This document shows, piece by piece, positions 60,011 to 64,000 of a stretch of DNA of 64,000 nt (within the stretch, counting starts at the first letter, position 1; each line of letters starts with the position of its first letter). The translations under genes were made by a program, and so were the position numbers. The stretch is from a virus. The stretch lies in the IMG/VR virus record IMGVR_UViG_3300045918_000146, positions 1-64,000 of that record; one strand, given 5' to 3'. The notes below the pieces were generated by a model. That model had not been told where the DNA came from, searched no databases, and saw nothing but the letters and a program-made list of their open reading frames with translations.

Positions 60011-61303
60011 CTATTTTAAGTCATGTAAGTACATCTTTTGAGCTGACATTTTATCAAGTTCAACTATCTTAGCTTCTATCTTAACAATTTCATTCTCTAA
60101 ATCTTGTATTTCTTCAAACTGTAAATTATAGATCCGTATAGATAATAAATCTGTAATATTTACAAATTTTTCTTTCTCTAATCGTAAAATAATATCTGCC
60201 TTTTTAGTCTCACTAAACCATTTAGTGTTCTTCAAGAAAAATTTAATAAACCTAATTTTTTCTTCGGCCCACGCATACTCTTCTGCTAATATATCAAGCT
60301 GTTTTAATCTACGATCTTCATATTTAGCTAAACGAACAGCAACAAAATGTTCTATTAATTCTTCTGGCTGTTCAAAATATTTAATCTTGTTATTCTCTGT
60401 CCATACTGTTATGTTTTCTGACTCTCTCGTTACTAACTTTAATTTGTCAAGTAAAGTATCGTCGTCTTGTGCAATCCATGCTCTAGATGCATAAATTAAT
60501 ATCTCCCATCCCTGATCTGTTGAGTTATCGTCGTAGTCTTTAATTTCATCCTTATCGATTAACTTAGCTAATTCTACTTTATACGACTCAATGTTGTGTC
60601 CTATAGGTAATGCTGTTATTTTAATAGTAGTTGAACTATTACGAATAAATTTTCCTATAAAGGTAGTTTGACAGTTTTCTTTACTTACGGTGCCCGTGTA
60701 ACCGTTATACCAAGGAGTCATCTTCTTTTGTTTCTTATTAGCTAACACTAATTTTACGTTAGCTACTATATCGTCTGGATTATAGTTTAGTATTTTACAT
60801 GCGTATCCCGTAGCAATACCTGATATGCCATTAAATAGAATAGTAGGTACTATAGGAATATAAAACTTCGGTTCTATTTTTTCTCCATCTTCGTATTCAT
60901 ATTCAAGTATTAGATCATCTTCTTTCTTAAACCATTTACGAAAATTTGGGTTTGACTCAACAGAAATGTAACGTCCTGATGCTGCCGAAGCATTTAATAA
61001 GTTTCCAAACTGCCCAATAGGTGTAATAAAATTTACGTTATTTGATGTAGGAAAATCCTGTGCTAACCCAACTAATACTCCTTCTAAATTCACCGATCCA
61101 TGATGGAAACAAGTAAACCCTGCTATCTCACTTGCGTAACGTTCAACGGTATTTTTCTTATTCTTAACAATAAGAGTATATATTGCTTTGCGCTGACTTA
61201 TTTTAAATCCATCCATAAGGTTTGGTATATTAATTTTACAGTCATACGTTGAAAATGACTTAAACCCTGTATTTAAAAAATTCTTAATCTGTAACTTATT
61301 CAA
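60011..61303 (-). CDS. type IIA DNA topoisomerase, GyrA/ParC-like subunit (T4 gp52-like)
   Basis: DGFKISQRK, HHG, GQFG, SGRY active Tyr, GIATGY; TTG start with GGAG. Confidence 0.92.
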   Translation of the reverse strand: MNKLQIKNFLNTGFKSFSTYDCKINIPNLMDGFKISQRKAIYTLIVKNKKNTVERYASEIAGFTCFHHGSVNLEGVLVGLAQDFPTSNNVNFITPIGQFGNLLNASAASGRYISVESNPNFRKWFKKEDDLILEYEYEDGEKIEPKFYIPIVPTILFNGISGIATGYACKILNYNPDDIVANVKLVLANKKQKKMTPWYNGYTGTVSKENCQTTFIGKFIRNSSTTIKITALPIGHNIESYKVELAKLIDKDEIKDYDDNSTDQGWEILIYASRAWIAQDDDTLLDKLKLVTRESENITVWTENNKIKYFEQPEELIEHFVAVRLAKYEDRRLKQLDILAEEYAWAEEKIRFIKFFLKNTKWFSETKKADIILRLEKEKFVNITDLLSIRIYNLQFEEIQDLENEIVKIEAKIVELDKMSAQKMYLHDLK

Positions 61304-61319
61304 AATTAGTTCTCCAATA

Positions 61320-63185
61320 TTATTCTAAATCTAACCATACCTTACGTTTATCGCTAAATCCCGTATCTTTAAGGAAACACAAATCTAAAGTTTCCCCGTC
61401 TTGATCATCTTTATATTCAAACTGTACTAAATATTGATCAATATTTTTCATGTAATTTTTAAACATAGCTGTAGTAGATGAACCCAATCCTTTCAAAAAA
61501 GCATATTCGTATTTTTCTCCTGGATGCTTATTGCGCCATTCTTCAAACTCATGTTCTGTGAAAAACTCAAGATTTTGTTTTTTATACTGCACCGAGACTA
61601 CAGGTGTAATTAACCTATATAGTTTACCGGACGATATTATTTCAGGCCATAGACGATAAAACATATTAATAATTAACCCTGCAATAGAATGCCCAAATTC
61701 GTCTGCATCAGACGCAATAACAATAGCACCAAAGTTTAAATTATTAACATCTGCCTTCTCTCCATACTTTAGGCCAATTAACATTCTTACGTTCTCAAAT
61801 TCTTCGTTTTCTTTAACTTTTGCAAAGGTAGTCGCTGATACGTTAATTGGTCTACCACGTAAAGGAAACGCTGCATGTAACTTTGGATCTCTTGCACCTA
61901 GTATAGAACTACACGCCGAGTCTCCTTCTGCAAGTAATAACATAGTTTTACTGCGATCTTTCTCTGTTGCATCATGAAACTTCTTAACTTTCTTAAGATT
62001 AATCTTGTCTGTATCTTTGTTTAGTTTCCTCATATCGGCTAATTGTACGGCATGTTGTTTAGCTTCTACCCAGTCTAATACGGATTGTATTATTGGGGAT
62101 TTAATAATCTTATTGACGATACGCTCAGATACTTCATATGTAGTACCAAATGATTTTGATTCAGTAATTAGATCTTCTTTTGTTTGCGAAGAATATCTAG
62201 GTCTAATGATAGTTGCATTAATAAACAGCATAAAATGTTGACGAATTTGACTTGGCGTAATATCAATTTTATTCTTTTTCTTAAAATACTCACGTAATTT
62301 AAGAGTAATTTGATCTGAGATATACGATACATGATTACCGCCTATGCTTGTTTCCGTCCCATTTACAAATGACACATGCTCGAACCCATCTGACGCATGT
62401 GAAATACCAATCTTCCAATTATCATTCTCGTCATATACGAACTCGTTAGTATACATAGAAATATAATCTTCAAATGCTTTAATTTTAATATGTGTACCAT
62501 TCAAATATACTTTGAGATTAGGATTACATCCCGCAACATCATATACACGCTTAACTAATTTGTCATAATTTCCAGTATCTAACTTAGTTAGGCCAAATTT
62601 AGAATAATCGGGGGTCCAAGTAATCTCTGTATAATGTTTATCAGACAGTTTAATTTTTGGTGTAGTCTTTTTACGTGAATTTTCTAAATGTACTTGATCA
62701 AATGAATTCTTTCCGTCTGCTGTTTTAACATGGAACGACGTACTAAAAATACAAGTAAGTCCTGCACCCTCCCCGTTCTGACCCGTGGTAACTGAATCTT
62801 CATCGTCGTTAAAATTAGAGCCTGCACGTAGCTCAAATATCATCTCTGGAATCCATTGATCGTGTTCTTTATGTTTCACAACATGTATTCCACCATTATC
62901 CCATATAGACATTTCACCAGTTGCTTGGTTTAATGTTACTTTAATAGTATTTAGATGTTTACCGTCTGTTGTTTTTGCGAAGTCAACTGAATTAGAAATG
63001 ATTTCGTCAAACGTTTTAATTAATGCAGGACACCAAGTAGCATCGCGCTTTGAGATTGTGTTATCTGAATTCACCAAATAAGTATTAGCTGTATGCGGGG
63101 CAATAGACCCTAGATACCTGCCTGGTCGTAATAAGCAATGTTCTATTTCGTCTAATTTTTGGAAACGTTCTTCTATAGTTTTCAT
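61320..63185 (-). CDS. type IIA DNA topoisomerase, GyrB/ParE-like subunit (T4 gp39+60-like)
   Basis: EIISNSVD, DNGGI, GQNGEG, AEGDSA, PLRG, DADEFG, KGLGS. Confidence 0.95.
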   Translation of the reverse strand: MKTIEERFQKLDEIEHCLLRPGRYLGSIAPHTANTYLVNSDNTISKRDATWCPALIKTFDEIISNSVDFAKTTDGKHLNTIKVTLNQATGEMSIWDNGGIHVVKHKEHDQWIPEMIFELRAGSNFNDDEDSVTTGQNGEGAGLTCIFSTSFHVKTADGKNSFDQVHLENSRKKTTPKIKLSDKHYTEITWTPDYSKFGLTKLDTGNYDKLVKRVYDVAGCNPNLKVYLNGTHIKIKAFEDYISMYTNEFVYDENDNWKIGISHASDGFEHVSFVNGTETSIGGNHVSYISDQITLKLREYFKKKNKIDITPSQIRQHFMLFINATIIRPRYSSQTKEDLITESKSFGTTYEVSERIVNKIIKSPIIQSVLDWVEAKQHAVQLADMRKLNKDTDKINLKKVKKFHDATEKDRSKTMLLLAEGDSACSSILGARDPKLHAAFPLRGRPINVSATTFAKVKENEEFENVRMLIGLKYGEKADVNNLNFGAIVIASDADEFGHSIAGLIINMFYRLWPEIISSGKLYRLITPVVSVQYKKQNLEFFTEHEFEEWRNKHPGEKYEYAFLKGLGSSTTAMFKNYMKNIDQYLVQFEYKDDQDGETLDLCFLKDTGFSDKRKVWLDLE

Positions 63186-63231
63186 TCGTCGTTAATCCTT
63201 TAATGCTAATATATATTATTTACTCGAAAGA

Positions 63232-63560
63232 GCAGAAAGCCCAAATAATCTTTAGTCCTTGGGATGAATGCGACAGGTTTTTTAATCAAATTATCTCACA
63301 ATTGAATTGTTAACCATTTGAGTTGATTATTACGGTAACCAGTAGTAATATAATACTACTTAGGGATAGTTACAGCAATTAAAAACCTACTCAAATGCTA
63401 TAGACGGTAGATAGAGATATCGTGTAATCTACCAATAGAATAGCTATTGTTAGCCAGAAGAACTAGCGGTGTGGGTGACTCAAACCCAATAGTGTTCAGG
63501 CGAAAACTGAACTATAGCGGCAGGGATGATGAAAGCCGCAAGAAACAATAATTAAAACAT
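63232..63560 (+). mobile_element. possible internally deleted IS200/IS605-like element
   Basis: End-like hairpin gaaagccc...ctttag...gggatgaatgcg; GAT AGA GAT ATC (DRDI) remnant; multi-hairpin 3' region. Confidence 0.35.
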
Positions 63561-63643
63561 TTACCCTAACCTAACCTATCCTATCCCGCACATTATGATT
63601 TAGAAAGGCCTACTATGTTTCAATGGGTTAAAAAACTTATACC

Positions 63644-63688
63644 ATCAAAGAGATCAAAGAGATCAAAGAGATCAAAGAGATCAACGAG
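63644..63688 (+). repeat. 9-bp tandem repeat x5
   Basis: ATCAAAGAG x4 plus ATCAACGAG. Confidence 0.9.
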
Positions 63689-63903
63689 TTAGCGTTAGGC
63701 AAAAACGAGATACACGTAATTAAACTTAAAAGTAATAACATGCCAAACAGCACATGGCAGGAACATGCAACCGATGTTAAAAATATGTTCCAACTATTAC
63801 TGTTGTCATAACAAATAATAGTTATTAGCGAAGATGTGGAATTATCAACAATTAAGAAAGATAAGTTACCAGGTAATTTACATCCAATTGGTTAATTAAT
63901 GTA

Positions 63904-63932
63904 TTGACACACAGACATTATTAATGTACTAT
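63904..63932 (+). promoter_or_regulatory. sigma70-type promoter for a gene beyond the window
   Basis: TTGACA-17-TACTAT with TG. Confidence 0.75.
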
Positions 63933-64000
63933 TAATACACTTAAACAACAGCTTTAAGTTTTAAGAGTGGTTACAGCAACAAATACATATTAGAGTCAGC

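Noticed and set aside
332-62241. Many antisense or nested ORFs in the track (e.g. 13936-14448, 58503-58982, 9075-9452)
   Set aside because: They shadow well-supported genes on the opposite strand or frame and lack RBS or motifs
63515-63550. Hammerhead ribozyme (ATGATGA...GAAAC)
   Set aside because: Core reads AUGAUGA rather than CUGAUGA, and stems II/III do not form
1-64000. Stop-codon reassignment
   Set aside because: Core genes are full length in the standard code with TAA, TAG and TGA all used as stops; broken ORFs need frameshifts, not readthrough
1-64000. CRISPR array or tRNA genes
   Set aside because: No spaced repeats or cloverleaf/TpsiC pattern seen by eye; the repeats found are short tandem ones. 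tRNAscan was not run.

Overview
This is an AT-rich, gene-dense, mostly plus-strand segment of a large lytic tailed phage with a T4-like/jumbo-myovirus gene set. The host is probably Gram-negative, given the spanin pair and a gammaproteobacterial-type ThyA. The window holds: translation and chaperone helpers (bL12-like, IF-1, DnaJ, ClpA-like); PhoH; a lysis cassette (GH19 endolysin, i/o-spanin, holin); a late glycosyltransferase operon; NADAR; family B DNA polymerase plus a clamp-like gene; RNase H-like 5'-3' exonuclease, ThyA, DenV and MazG-like genes; an Acb1-like 2H phosphoesterase; and a two-subunit type IIA topoisomerase on the minus strand. Two systems stand out. (1) An ~11 kb late-promoter block (18.5-29.3 kb) whose proteins begin with T4-like capsid-targeting peptides. 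It includes two ~1200-aa mosaics punctuated by about 20 [ILVM]-x-E sites each, which look like head-packaged, protease-processed polyproteins. A GC-rich, pseudoknot-capable RNA element follows directly. (2) A dispersed 7-deazaguanine DNA-modification pathway (DpdA/TGT-like, QueC, FolE, QueD, QueE) with a class I SAM methyltransferase inserted between dpdA and queC. All calls come from reading motifs by eye; no database search was run.
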